DNA of 58,528 nt, counting the filler, from Ionaspis alba (taxonomy: Eukaryota): NCBI GenBank assembly GCA_964255285.1. It is 4 parts of 4 records of this genome, joined end to end, with 100 filler letters (N's around TTAATTAATTAA, not from the genome) between each part and the next. Parts side by side here need not be neighbours in the genome. Positions count along the whole stretch, not along the records: positions 29,367 to 43,929 come from CAXUUL010000416.1; positions 44,030 to 58,528 come from CAXUUL010000417.1; 2 more parts are not named here. One strand, given 5' to 3'. Shown piece after piece: positions 34,506 through 46,331 of the stretch (its first letter is position 1; every line of letters starts with the position of its first letter). Made by a program: the position numbers and the translations under genes. The notes under the pieces are model-generated. The model was given only the letters and a program-made list of their open reading frames with translations. It had not been told where the DNA came from and ran no database searches.

Positions 34506-36680
34506 GTCATACCCGACCTGTTTCACAATTCCCAATCCTTTCGTTCTCCCTTCACGGAACAATATTCGGTCGTCCACAGCTAAGTACTCTGGGCGCTGGA
34601 CGAAGCGAAAAGCAACGAGAGCTTTGTCCCCTGTGCGAATGAAGGCACGGTCAATATCGATAATGGCGCAGGTTTGAGAGACGGGGCCGACGTGCAGCAT
34701 GGCTTGATACTTGGTTTTTATAGTGGTGGCGTGAGAAAGAATGAGAACTAGAAACGACGACGTCAGATGTGCACAGGAGGGGCGCTAGAGCTACGTTTTC
34801 ACGGACTGGGTGAACTGAACGGGGTCAGGAAGAGACCTACCTTCGGCGACGAATTCCCGATAGACTTTGGGCGGAGTGTCAAGTTTTGGAAGGACGACCA
34901 TGCCTTTGCGAACTTCTTTCCTTCGGACTCGCTTCAGTGCAAAAGATGCAGATTGGCCCGCAGAGCAGACAGGTACAGGTATTCGTTTCCGTTCGATCGA
35001 GCGAATGTGGGTGGTTGTGAATTGGCCAAGAGAGTCAGGTCCGATTAGTACAGGGTCGCCAGAGTGGATTACACCTAAGCATGAGTAAGTAACATGTGCG
35101 AAGGGACCAAACCAGTCTGTTCAGTCATACCGCTTTTGACGACCCCAGATACTACGGTACCAACGAAAGGGACAGAGAAGGTGTCGTTGACATGGAACTC
35201 GAAGGGAGCGTGGGCATCATAATGGCCATGATGAGGTAGAATATTAAGGAAGGTCCTAACCAGGTCAAGACTCTCGCCAGTCACGTTGGAAACTTGGAAG
35301 ACCGGGCATATACGCTGACTAACGAACTGGGTTGCAGTATTTATCGTATCCTCGCGATTCTTGATGAAGATTGGGATTTTCCTCGCGCCTGGAGATTTGA
35401 GTATTCTGGTAAGCTGGGTGATAGTGTTCTGCAGGATTTGTGGCGGACAGATATCGATTTTCGTGATAACGACCATGACTGGGACATTCAATGCCAAAGC
35501 AATGCCAAGATGCTCTCTAAAAGTTGTCAGACTAGATGGCTATCATACAAACGTAGTTGACTACTCACTTGCTCATGCCTATCAACCCGTTGTTCGCAGC
35601 CACCATCAGCAAACAGTAATTTGGGCTGCTGCTAAGTAGTCCAAAGACAGTGGTACGGAGATATCGTTCATGTCCCGCTAAGTCAGTGAAGCTGATGACT
35701 TTGGCCTAAGATGATCAGCAAGTCCTCGCCACAGGGACAACAAGGACATACTCACGGATCGGTTCCCAATCTCTTCCCAGGACAGTTTCCTACCAGGCAC
35801 GTTGGATGCTACCACATCTCCGAACGTGTCAAACCCCATGATCTCCATTCCTACAGAACTGGTTCGGCCACTCTCGATCTCGTGCTTGTGGCGGAACAGG
35901 TTCACCCGAGCTTTACCTCGTCCATCGTCAAGATTGCCCTTTACCAGAACTCCAAGCATAGTACTTTTTCCGGCGTCGACTAGGATCCGTAAGCCAGTGC
36001 TTTCGTCAATAGATTGGTGTTACTACCATTGCCTACCACCGCTATTCGAGTCTCGATGACATCGTCCACCGTCTCTGGTCGTCGCCGTATCATGACTTTC
36101 CCACTTGCCCCTTTGTCTTTGTCATTGAGTGGTCCAACTTCAAGATCTCCCCCCACATTCCGAGTCATTAGTAGGCGGCAGTCTGTCTTGAGCATGGCAG
36201 CAGCCTTCCGTATCCTGTCCAACGCAATATCCCACTGCTCTTTCGAAAATCCCATAGACTCTCCATTGTCCTCCTGTCCCAAATCGAAGAGAGTTTCTCC
36301 ATGCCCCTCCAGTATTCGGCTCTGCAGCACCTCACTTAGCTGTTTCAGGGACTCCTCTCCGTCAGCATCCAGGAGAACCTCTTTCAGTCGTATTTGAGCC
36401 GAGGTCTCTGCAAGGTTGAGGGTATCGAGGATGTCGAGTTCGGCATGCTCCTCGGTAGCAGTGCTCTGAGTAGAGTAGCCACTATCGCTAGGCGTGACGG
36501 AGACTGCTCGCGCAACAGCATGCGGTCGTCTAGCCTGCTGCCTCTCCACGTAGTCGGCAAACTCGCTCAAGGCCTAGCGGAGGAGCTTAGCTTCAATGAC
36601 TTCAGCGAACACAAGAGGGGATATACCGACTCGCCTTTCCGGCGCTCCTGGAAGGTCTGTTTTTGGTTACCAATAGTCAT
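34506..36680 (-). CDS. GTPBP1: GTP-binding protein 1 (translational GTPase family); 3' end in gap
   Basis: [70 protein letters not shown] 36680; several introns. Confidence 0.93.
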
Positions 36681-37208
36681 GACGAGGGATCGAGAAGTAT
36701 GGCAGCGGTGGCTCCGTTAGAAAGGGGCGTAATGCTTTATTGTATTCGTAAGATCATTGGTCCAAGATTTCAGGTTAAGGGTTATTCATAGGAGGTCATT
36801 TGGTTCATGTGAGGTAAATGATAAGTGCGAATGGTTAATTATATATTGACACAACGGCGGAGGTGAGGGCGTGCGCCAGGGTGTGTTTATCGATAGCGAA
36901 CTATGACGCATACGTTTGGAGCGTTTGATGTTGACTCAATCTCTTTATTTAGGGTCTAACAAGCGCGTCACATGAACGGCTTCGATCCATGAACTAATTC
37001 AAGTAGAGTCATGGAATTGATCGTCCACGACCGACTTTTCTTTAGAGTATTCTAAGGTCTGAAGCCCACAGAACCGGCGTTCGCTACTGGAGGTTGAGCT
37101 ATACACATTCTCCGCATTGTAAGCCTGATCCTCCTCGGTCCTCATGCTCCATTGGAGCGCTGGGAATACTGAAACTGGTGAAATGTATACGTCTAGTCTC
37201 GTGAAGCT

Positions 37209-37671
37209 CTAGGTGGCTGCTTGGGGTGATATCAAAACAACTGAGTCGCCTAAAGCTCCTGTTAGAGCAAAACAACACCACCTTGCTCTGGCACCAAGAC
37301 TGACCTCGGACAAACAGCATCTCTGATTGTTTCTTGATAGTCTGTTATTATGTCAATAACATGAATCAGAAGTGGCACTTTGGTTTGCAGACCTTTACAG
37401 TCTCCTGCTCGTCTTCATCTTCCTCCACAACATAGATAGTCTCTTCCACTTCGCCTAGAACAAGATTACAGTGACTGTCATATGCCTGCGCCTTCATATC
37501 AATACCGCAGCGCAGGATGGAAGCTGTCTGTAACATCTAGCGTACATGAAGTCTTCCTTTGAGTTCCCGATCACCACGTAGTTTCACAAATACAGTCTCG
37601 TCGAGAGAGAGACGAACCAGGTCCAACGGTTCCGATACGGGGGTAGAATCGACATCCCCACTATCTGCCAT
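37209..37671 (-). CDS. LSM3: U6 snRNA-associated Sm-like protein Lsm3 (4 exons)
   Basis: Spliced translation [98 protein letters not shown]; three GT-AG introns; absent from the ORF track. Confidence 0.96.
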
Positions 37672-37862
37672 TTTGTTGTCTCCTAAGGGGTTGATTCCTA
37701 GCTGCGAACAATTCAAACTGTTAGCGACAAGGTGCGACTTGATAGAGCTTCAATGCCTCGGAACCTGTAGGGCTAGCCCTGCGAAAGAGAAAGCCCGGAA
37801 ATTTTTGACGAAAGACAACATTTTGATTGTTACGAATATGCCACGGGAGCCCACGGCAATTT

Positions 37863-39968
37863 ATGCTCCTTCTCCTCGCTAGACATGGGGCATTGAGGTC
37901 TCAATTTGGGCTCAAGCCTCGAAAGTTTCTTGAACCACAGCAATGCGTGCTCCCGCGCCACAAGTGGAGCTCCGAAAGGGCTTTGCGATCTCGCCGACAT
38001 CAAGCCAATCTGTCATCGATTGTCGATACTCCCTCAGCGTCCTCCAACAACCATCAAAAGTTTCGGACGTCTACGTATCCTGAGGGACAAGAAACGAAGC
38101 ATGGCTTGGCTCGAGAACCGAACAAAGAGCAGGTAGACGAACTTGTCGACGTGGATGAAATCCTCGACCAAGACCAGCCCGAAAACTGCCCTCCCACTAT
38201 CAAAACGAACGGTCGTGCTCTTGACAACAACCCCTTTGGGCGGAAATCTACGCCACAGGAACGGGAGGCAGTCTGCGACGCATTGCTTAGAGATGAACCT
38301 TTGACAGTCCTCCGTGCTTTCATGGTAGCATCGAAAGACCCAGAATATCTCAGATCCCTACCTGCAACCACCGTTGCCGAGATCCTGCGTACAATTGATC
38401 CAAAGCACTTTATCGATCCTTACAAAGTCATTTACCGTGATCTGCACCCGAAGCAGATTAGCCATCTCCGTGATGGCACTCGCCAGCTACGCGAATTATT
38501 CCTAGACTATTCGAAGTCAATAGAGGTGCTTTTGACAAGATGGCGCCAGATCGGAGGAAGGCTTGGGTTGTCCGAATACAGGATTCTCTTGAACGTCGCT
38601 CGCGTTGTTGGAGATGGCAAAACCGCCAAGTTTATACTCAATGCACTACGTTTGGATGGTCTCGAACCCGATTCCATCTGCTACAACCACTACTTTGAGG
38701 CACGATGTTGGGACAACGCGTACGATCCAGTTGAATCGAGGAAACTTCGGGTAATTCCGTATCACTTGGCCATGAGACGATCTGCCAAAAGAGATAATTA
38801 TCGTAAACCTGGATTCCGGGGCTATCAAGTTGGAGAGCGTGGTCTAAAGCAAGAAGTCGTGAAAGTCTTTGAGTTCATGGTCAGTCGAGGTGTGATGGCA
38901 GATGTCAAGACCTTCTCCATGCTCATGCAAGCTATGGGAAGGGAGGGAGACATGGAAGGAGTCAAATCCATACTCAATCGAGTTTGGGACGTGAATGTGG
39001 ACGCCATTTTGGCAGAAGATGATAGTGATCTCTTGTTCAAGAACGATCTACCACCAGACTCTCCTACTTACCCTGACAAGGATCTTCTCTTCACCATCGC
39101 TCACATCTTTGGAGCCAACAACGAATTATCCTCCGCCTTGCGAGTTATCGATTACTTCTCCCGGAAGTACTCAATCGAGATAGACATTGATACCTGGTCC
39201 CAGCTACTAGAATGGACCTTCGTTCTTGCAACACCTAGATATGGACCGAGGAAAACAGATGGCGCTCAGTTGGGACAGCTCCCTCTAGCAAGTGTAGAAA
39301 ATGTGTTTAATACCATGGTCTCCGAGCCCTACAATCAACAGCCGACGATGCCAATGCTTGATATCCGAATCCGTACACTCCGGAAAAGGCAAATGCTCAA
39401 CCCAATGCTAGATGTGATGCGTGCAGGCCAAGCATTGCATAGGAAGAATGTAACTCGATACCACGGTCCTGACCAGATTAAGTCAAACGCTGAGGAAGAA
39501 GCCCCTCCTGAAGATCTCGAGAAAGCCTCTAAGCAGATCTTGATTTCAGCGCGAGAGGAGCAGAAGTCAGAGCTTTCAAGGCTCTATAACTATCGTGATT
39601 TCCTTATGATTAGCCGATGGACCCGACTCCTCGTGGCAGGCTATAATTGGGGAGAGGATCGCGATCACTGCCTGTGGTGGCAACGTATAGGTGTACCGAA
39701 CGCTGTTGAGGAATTCTGGGACTATCGGCCCAGGCCTGGCTTCGGCTATAATATTGCTGCAGCAAGACTTCAATTTCACCCCACAACGGTGACGATGACT
39801 TTACGTATGGGGTCAAGCTCTCTCCAAGGGGTCTCCATCATCAGGGATGCCGAGAAATACCGTGGAGATGCTTATGCGGTTAAGACTAGATATCAGCGCC
39901 TGGTGACAAGAGCTGTGGGGCATGAGTCAACGGCCAAGCCGACATGGTATCAATACCCCGTCAATTAA
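37863..39968 (+). CDS. AEP2: Mitochondrial PPR-like ATPase expression protein (Aep2/Atp13 family)
   Basis: Mitochondrial-type leader; PPR-like repeats (PDSICYNHYFEA, ADVKTFSMLMQAMGREGD); YPDKDLLFTIAHIFGANN..ALRVIDYFSRKYSI..WSQLLEWTFV. Confidence 0.75.
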   Translation: MLLLLARHGALRSQFGLKPRKFLEPQQCVLPRHKWSSERALRSRRHQANLSSIVDTPSASSNNHQKFRTSTYPEGQETKHGLAREPNKEQVDELVDVDEILDQDQPENCPPTIKTNGRALDNNPFGRKSTPQEREAVCDALLRDEPLTVLRAFMVASKDPEYLRSLPATTVAEILRTIDPKHFIDPYKVIYRDLHPKQISHLRDGTRQLRELFLDYSKSIEVLLTRWRQIGGRLGLSEYRILLNVARVVGDGKTAKFILNALRLDGLEPDSICYNHYFEARCWDNAYDPVESRKLRVIPYHLAMRRSAKRDNYRKPGFRGYQVGERGLKQEVVKVFEFMVSRGVMADVKTFSMLMQAMGREGDMEGVKSILNRVWDVNVDAILAEDDSDLLFKNDLPPDSPTYPDKDLLFTIAHIFGANNELSSALRVIDYFSRKYSIEIDIDTWSQLLEWTFVLATPRYGPRKTDGAQLGQLPLASVENVFNTMVSEPYNQQPTMPMLDIRIRTLRKRQMLNPMLDVMRAGQALHRKNVTRYHGPDQIKSNAEEEAPPEDLEKASKQILISAREEQKSELSRLYNYRDFLMISRWTRLLVAGYNWGEDRDHCLWWQRIGVPNAVEEFWDYRPRPGFGYNIAAARLQFHPTTVTMTLRMGSSSLQGVSIIRDAEKYRGDAYAVKTRYQRLVTRAVGHESTAKPTWYQYPVN

Positions 39969-40207
39969 GGCCTGTCGAACCGTTGTATTTTCGTACCATG
40001 AGGATAGGGAAAGGAATGGCATAGCTTCGGGCACGGCATCATAATTATATGGAGTTCACAGTTGTACATATTTAGTCTTTATATACCCTCACTCAACGAC
40101 TGACTCCTTTCAATACCACGTATTCATCGCCTTTATTCTGCTCGGACTGATGCTTTGCCCAAGACCCAACAGCCATGGCTCGCAGAGGCTCCCACCACTC
40201 AGATCTT

Positions 40208-41185
40208 TCACCCAATCTTCTCCCTCTTCAAATCATTTACAACCATAAACCTACCGACTCCTACCCATCCCCAACGGAACCACCTCATCTGGCTCTTGTG
40301 GCCCTGCACCATAGCCTGCACCCCCCTTGCCCACCCTGCGATGTCACTTAGAAACATAAGCCTTTTCGGCAACTGTCTCTTCTCCTTCCTTCCCGCTTCC
40401 CTCATACTTTGGATTACACACCTGAGGATAGTAAATGGTGCATCAAATATCCCCATATACTTCCTGGCCACATTCGTCGAAGAGAGCGTATACAGCGCCA
40501 CTGGTGCCTCCCACCCTGTCCGTCCCTTCATCATTCCAGCGATCCATGCCGTGGCACCATGGTATAATGACACATGATTGATATGCCCCGACACTCCTCG
40601 ATCGTCAAACGTGATCAGAACATCTATTGTTGCTTTTGGTGGTAATTCTCCAGCAGCAGTTCCTTCGTTCGCCCTTTTCCTCAAAGCTGTTCCAGAGGTG
40701 GAATTGAAAGCATTAGAAAGGACTGCGGCAATCTTGGAAGAGGGCCAGGAGGTCGTCATGCTGTCCGGGAAGGAAGCATCTTCGATTATAAAGACATCGG
40801 AGTGGGAGCGCAGGCCGAGATAGGTGGCGGAGGACAGGAGCTCGGTTTTGCGGATCGGACCAAGGTTGTCGGCATTACCTGTCAGGAGATAAGTGTGTCA
40901 GTTGTCCAAAGTGCACTGGAACGGGCTGCTGAGCGGCAGGCTCAGGGAGGAATGCGATGCGATTGGGGACCAATTGTCCTGAGGGATTAGGTGCCATACC
41001 ACTGCTTAGACAGAGTATCTTAACATGATTTCCAAGCTCTTCATTTGTCAAGGCTTGGACAGTGGGCGCAAAGAACATAGCCTCGTCATCGGGATGGGCG
41101 ATTAGAAGACATATGCGTTTGTTGCGGAGGTTGGGAAAGGAAGAGCGGGAGATCTGAGCTGTGTAGAGCCATAGAGTCGTTAGGA
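40208..41185 (-). CDS. GPI12: N-acetylglucosaminyl-phosphatidylinositol de-N-acetylase (PIG-L); start in gap
   Basis: LLIAHPDDEAMFF; LCLSS|GNADNLG across intron ~40879-40998; ITFD..GVSGHINH; AMVQGHKSQMRWFRW. Confidence 0.95.
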
Positions 41186-41438
41186 NNNNNNNNNNNNNNN
41201 NNNNNNNNNNNNNNNNNNNNNNNNNNNNNNNNNNNNNNNNNNNNNNNNNNNNNNNNNNNNNNNNNNNNNNNNNNNNNNNNNNNNNTTGAATTCTCGAAAG
41301 GAAGGCGCGATGGTGACAAGGAATCTGGGGAATGCTTGTACCTGCATTAGGCTACTGCAAATCCACTACCAGGCATTGTAACTTCGTTGATGGATAATGG
41401 TATATCGCTATCCTCACGTAATGCCTTGATACAACGAC

Positions 41439-42122
41439 ATGGACGGCAACGGAGTACCTCGAAACCGCAAAGAGCGTCGAGCAGCTGAAAACAACAGAAA
41501 GACCATCCCCCTTGCGCAACCTTCTCGAGATGGGCCGAAGCACAAGACACTGTACGAGATTGCTGCAGAGCGTCAAGCAGAGCTCTCGAAGGGCCAGCCC
41601 TTCACTTCGAAGCCTCCGGACATTGACAACTCAAAAGAGTCCACCTTTGTCACCACCACCATTAATCCAGATGGCAGCCTCTCTGATATCCCTGAACCCA
41701 TCGACGAGCCAATTGGCCCCGTGGGGCAAGCAGTCTTCTTCGCCCTGACCCTTACAATGCTGCACTTCACTCTGGATGTGTTGGTACATCAACAGTACCG
41801 GCAGGCGGAGACGATTGAGTGGAGCATGATCGTCCAGCGCACACTGGTAACCTTCCCAATCCTTGGTGCCTTAGTGTATGCCCTCAAGGCTCGTGCCAAC
41901 GCTATTTGGGCCCAGGTGCTCTTCTTTGGGCTAAGTGTTGGTGCGGGATGTTACTTGATCTACTCGAGTAACGAAGAGGCGTATTTTGCTGTAATGAAGA
42001 GGGCACCTCCTTTGGGGACTTTGTGGGTCTGGAGTGTCATCGAGATGAGGTTGGAGGTTGCAGTAGGAAGTCTCGTGGCTGTTGGTGGTTATTTCTGGTG
42101 GGGAGGCTATTCGATTTTCTAA
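41439..42122 (+). CDS. Conserved fungal multi-pass membrane protein of unknown function
   Basis: Intronless 227-aa ORF; LTMLHFTLDVLVHQQY, YFAVMKRAPPLGTLWVWSVIE; about four hydrophobic segments. Confidence 0.8.
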   Translation: MDGNGVPRNRKERRAAENNRKTIPLAQPSRDGPKHKTLYEIAAERQAELSKGQPFTSKPPDIDNSKESTFVTTTINPDGSLSDIPEPIDEPIGPVGQAVFFALTLTMLHFTLDVLVHQQYRQAETIEWSMIVQRTLVTFPILGALVYALKARANAIWAQVLFFGLSVGAGCYLIYSSNEEAYFAVMKRAPPLGTLWVWSVIEMRLEVAVGSLVAVGGYFWWGGYSIF

Positions 42123-42438
42123 TGGAGGCTTTCATATCGGACGGAGGCATACCGAACCAGCAACGACGATCTCACTCCCATGGAAGTCACCAACTGCCAC
42201 CTTAAAGGTTTACGATGCTAGGACGTCCGTCGTTAGGATTTCATCTATTCTTAAAGTGGGAAATTAGAATCTTTCTCTGGATTCCTAATGGTGCTGCGAG
42301 ATTCTGCAGGATATGGACTTGCAGCACAGGGCGTTTCTGTTCGGTCGTCTTCTCTGGGGGCCAGAGCTTCTATGAAATCCAAGCGAGCACACAACGTCCG
42401 CGATGGCTGTCCAGCTTCCTTCCTGTGATGAGACCAGC

Positions 42439-43929
42439 ATGACGGAGTCTGGCTCTGCTGCCATTGCCCGCTCGGCACTGCTTTCGAATGGAGGGATCTA
42501 CAAGGTAGCAGTTGCTCTAATTTTCATAAAGACCAGGCCTCAGACCATGTCCACCAAGAGTTCGTCTAAGCAGACACACCACAATTACCCACCATAAATC
42601 GCTAACTAGTGCCTGAAGGTTGCATTCATCATATCCGTCTGCATCTTGATTCAATGGTCGAGAATAAATTATTATCAAAAGCAAATGAAGGTCACCCCTC
42701 TGGTCTTGCTGCTTGTTTAGAAGCACATCGAAAGTGTGACTCCACTATCTCAAAACTACGTGACGTTATATCCCAACAAAGAAGGGAGATCCGCAGTCTT
42801 CAGGAGCAAGCCAAACCTCGCAGGAACCTTACGCCAAACGCCAATTCCGGGCTAAAGCGTAAGAGAGTCGATGATATCGATGACCATGAGCCGGGAAGCT
42901 GGGATCATTCTGCAAGGGCTCGAGCAGAGAGTGCCCTCAAAGCGTCACAAGCAGATGCCGCAAGGATTCGAATAGTAATGGATGAGTTGGGATTGTTTCT
43001 TCCAGGCCGGAGTGGTATTAATCTTTCACTCGTCCAGGTTCGTGTGAAAATGCTAACAAAATCGCCCAGTCAGTCATTATCTGCAATGTTTCTATTCCCT
43101 TCAACAATTGCTTGTCCAACACAATTCTACGAGCGAGGATCTTACGAGCCATATCACCGAGCTTTGTCTCACAATTTCTACCTTGTTAGATGAGGTACAA
43201 TGCTCGGAGCTGCGAGCACCTAATAAACAAAGTCAGATCACCACACGAAGTCGGGCACATAGTAAGCCTACTTGTCGTGACTCGACAGGAAGGGACAACA
43301 ATTCACGACTGGCAATAATTGGACGGACCATGATATACCTCGTGAAAGCCCTTAGCAAGCTGGAGAAAGAAGCCGGAACAGGGACTTCACTAGGACAAGC
43401 GATCTACCACATAGTTGCCATTTTCCGGAAAATCATTGAAAGGATTCAGCGGCTCTCTGAGGAGCTTGTTTCGGTGACCGAGCTTCCAAGGAGGGGGACT
43501 GGTAAGTCGAAGCAGCTGTTGGGCCTATCGATGGCAACAGCTTTCGACCAGAGCGATGCAAGAGCTGGACTTAGTCGACTTTTTATTACCCTGCTCGTGA
43601 CCTGGGATACTGAAATGAATCATGCCAAGGATGTCAGGGAAGGAGCTATCTATCTCCTGCTCAATCAAGCAGGGACAGTGCTCAAAACGTTTGTATTCGA
43701 CGTTGCAGTTCAGACTTGGAACCAAAACTCACCACCACCAATATCTACGAGCCAAGGCAAGGCTATGAATCAGAAGCTTCTGGCAATGCAATTAGAAGCC
43801 CCTTACCTGGTTTGGATCCTCGAACGCACATTGGCTTTAGTGTCGAAGTCGCCGAACAAGGGTTCCTCAGTCGTATCATCCTTAGACAACAACGGCGATC
43901 AACACAATCTGCCTGGGATGCAAATGCAA
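42439..43929 (+). CDS. Hypothetical helical protein, 3'-truncated by the linker
   Basis: ATG 42439; three consecutive ORFs bridged by plausible introns (~42560-42609, ~43014-43069, each with a CTAAC branch); coiled-coil segment and KRKR motif. Confidence 0.55.
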
Positions 43930-44029
43930 NNNNNNNNNNNNNNNNNNNNNNNNNNNNNNNNNNNNNNNNNNNNTTAATTAATTAANNNNNNNNNNNNNNN
44001 NNNNNNNNNNNNNNNNNNNNNNNNNNNNN
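43930..44029. other. Artificial scaffold linker (N-TTAATTAATTAA-N)
   Basis: Same spacer design as 14600-14699. Confidence 0.95.
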
Positions 44030-44333
44030 TTGCAGACCAAGCAATAAATCCGCTGCGTTCACGGAACCATCTATCATGTGCTATGTGAGACAAAGACTGT
44101 TACTACCGCTGCCACTGTCCACTTTTCGCAGATCATAAAGTGTGTGCGGTCTCGGTATGCTGCATCGAGGCTGAGTGTGGATCTAACATTGCAGTAAGTA
44201 TCAAGGTAACCTCGTCAATATTCTCAACTGTAATAGTAGTAAGCCCGTGAAAATGCGTCCGCCTCCCAGCTCCACGGATGAGCAAAAAGCAATGCGGTTT
44301 GTCCCGACGAGGAAAGGGCGCTATCTCATCCGA

Positions 44334-44338
44334 CCAAT
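44334..44338 (+). promoter_or_regulatory. CCAAT box upstream of CYT1
   Basis: GACCAATCAG about 145 bp upstream of the ATG; CCAAT-binding (Hap) complexes are known regulators of respiratory genes. Confidence 0.4.
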
Positions 44339-44480
44339 CAGATCTAGTGGAGATTGACCCGCTCAAATCTTGAACATCACCACAACTGTCAACGAAAGTT
44401 CACCTACCGCCACCCCAACCCGCGACCTCTGTGCTCGCTTTCCTTTGTTGATCTCCAATATTTTGCGTCAATCGGTCACG

Positions 44481-45810
44481 ATGCTGTCGAGGACAGCGTT
44501 GCGCTCGACGCGCCTCGCCAGCAACTTGCGAAGCTCGGGCATTCGAACGTCAAGGGTACGCTGTGACAACCGCCCAATTGCTTGAACACTAATACTAATC
44601 CGCCATCAATGTAGAGGTCAACAGCCTCCTCAGCCAAGTCGTCAACTGAGGCCGATCGTACAGCGACTCGATTGATAGCTTCTGCTTCAGTCGCCACAGC
44701 TTTGGCCGTGGGGTCAATTGCGTGGTACTATCATCTTTACGGACAGGAATTGCATGCCATGACAATGCAGGAAGAAGGGTAGGTACAATATCCACTCTAG
44801 GCTTGTTGAACATTGTTGGAAGTTGCATGGCATGAAACAATGCTTGATGCGAGCTTTCCTCAAGGCAGATTCCAAATGCAGTGCAAATCGAAACTAACAG
44901 TCACTTTTGCCAGACTGCACGCAACTAAGTATCCCTGGGAGCATGAGAAGTTTACCAAAACCTTCGACCACCAAGCGTCAGTTTCTCAAGCCTGCCGAGC
45001 CATAATTTCCAACTAACCGTCCCTCCCCACAGCCTCCGCCGCGGCTTCCAAGTATACCGCGAAGTCTGCTCCTCCTGCCACTCCCTTTCTCGAATCCCCT
45101 ACCGCTCGCTCGTTGGCACGACGCATACAGTCGACGAAATGAAAGCGATGGCCGAAGAAAACGAGTACGATTCCGAGCCCAACGACGAAGGCGAGATCGA
45201 GAAGCGGCCTGGCAAACTCTCGGATTACATCCCGCCACCATATAAGAACGACGAGGCAGCCCGGGCGGCTAATAATGGTGCATTGCCACCAGATTTGAGC
45301 TTGATGGTCAAGGCCCGACACGGAGGATGCAATTACATCTTCTCGTTGTTGACAGGATATCCTGAGGAGCCGCCACCAGGGGCGACTGTCCCGGCTGGGC
45401 TGAACTTCAATCCTTATTTTCCAGGTGGAGGTAGGTCTAACCGTGTTCAGCTCGGCTTTCATGCGTCGCGTATGAAACGACGGCCCAGTCACTAATAATG
45501 TGTTTACTCAGGCATCGCAATGGCCCGTGTTCTCTACGACGGTCTCGTCGAATACGAGGACGGCACTCCCGCCACAACATCACAAATGGCCAAGGATGTT
45601 GTCGAGTTTCTGAACTGGTCTGCCGAGCCTGAGATGGATGTCCGGAAGAAGATGGGTCTCAAGGTCATTATCATCACGTCAGTACTGTTAGGATTGAGCA
45701 TCTGGGTCAAGCGGTACAAATGGTCGCCGGTCAAGACGAGAAAGATAGTTTACAACCCGCCAATTGCGGCACAGCCGACGCAGATAAGACATCGGAGTGG
45801 AGGTACTTAG
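44481..45810 (+). CDS. CYT1: Cytochrome c1, mitochondrial
   Basis: Bipartite presequence; [18 protein letters not shown] (CxxCH heme motif); [29 protein letters not shown]-terminal TM; four introns. Confidence 0.98.
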
Positions 45811-46114
45811 AAGGCCAGTGGCGAAGGGCCTAGAGGAAAGAGCGGACGGATCGCTGTGGGAAGGGTGTCCTCGTACAGTGCTAGTAGATTGCGAATGTTA
45901 CATTATGCATTGGTCTCTCATGTACACTTGGCTGGAAATTGTCACCCCAAGAAATATGCATTGCCATGCATTGCGATAATTATAGATAACGATTAAACTA
46001 CCCTCCCCCCGCCCTAGCTGCGTTTACGTTCGTGTGTCTAGTCGCGGAGTAAGGAAAGGAAGAAAGTACTTATAGCAAACTATATCTTGAACCGAATTTG
46101 GTCTAGCGTGCAAT

Positions 46115-46159
46115 ACGCGTCAGCGGAGCTACTAAAGTGGAACGCGCTCAGCAACGCGT
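46115..46159. promoter_or_regulatory. Two MCB boxes (ACGCGT) upstream of MCM7
   Basis: ACGCGT at 46115-46120 and 46154-46159, plus ACGCGC at 46142. Confidence 0.55.
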
Positions 46160-46331
46160 CTTGCAAGGGAGTTTAATCGCTCTTGGTCTGCGCATTACTT
46201 CCTCGATGAAGTCGCTGAAGCTATTATCATAGATTTTTTCCATCGGCCAACTGATCTAGAGCTTTCTCTAAGAGGAATGCAGCAGTGAGAAGGAGCACAA
46301 TCAGCGTCTTAGCCATTAGTGAACACAGGCA

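Noticed and set aside
29449..45810. Apparent clustering of mitochondrial genes (NDUFAF6, AEP2, CYT1) or of RAD5 with MCM7
   Set aside because: CYT1 and MCM7 are on a different scaffold, and the others are interspersed with unrelated housekeeping genes.
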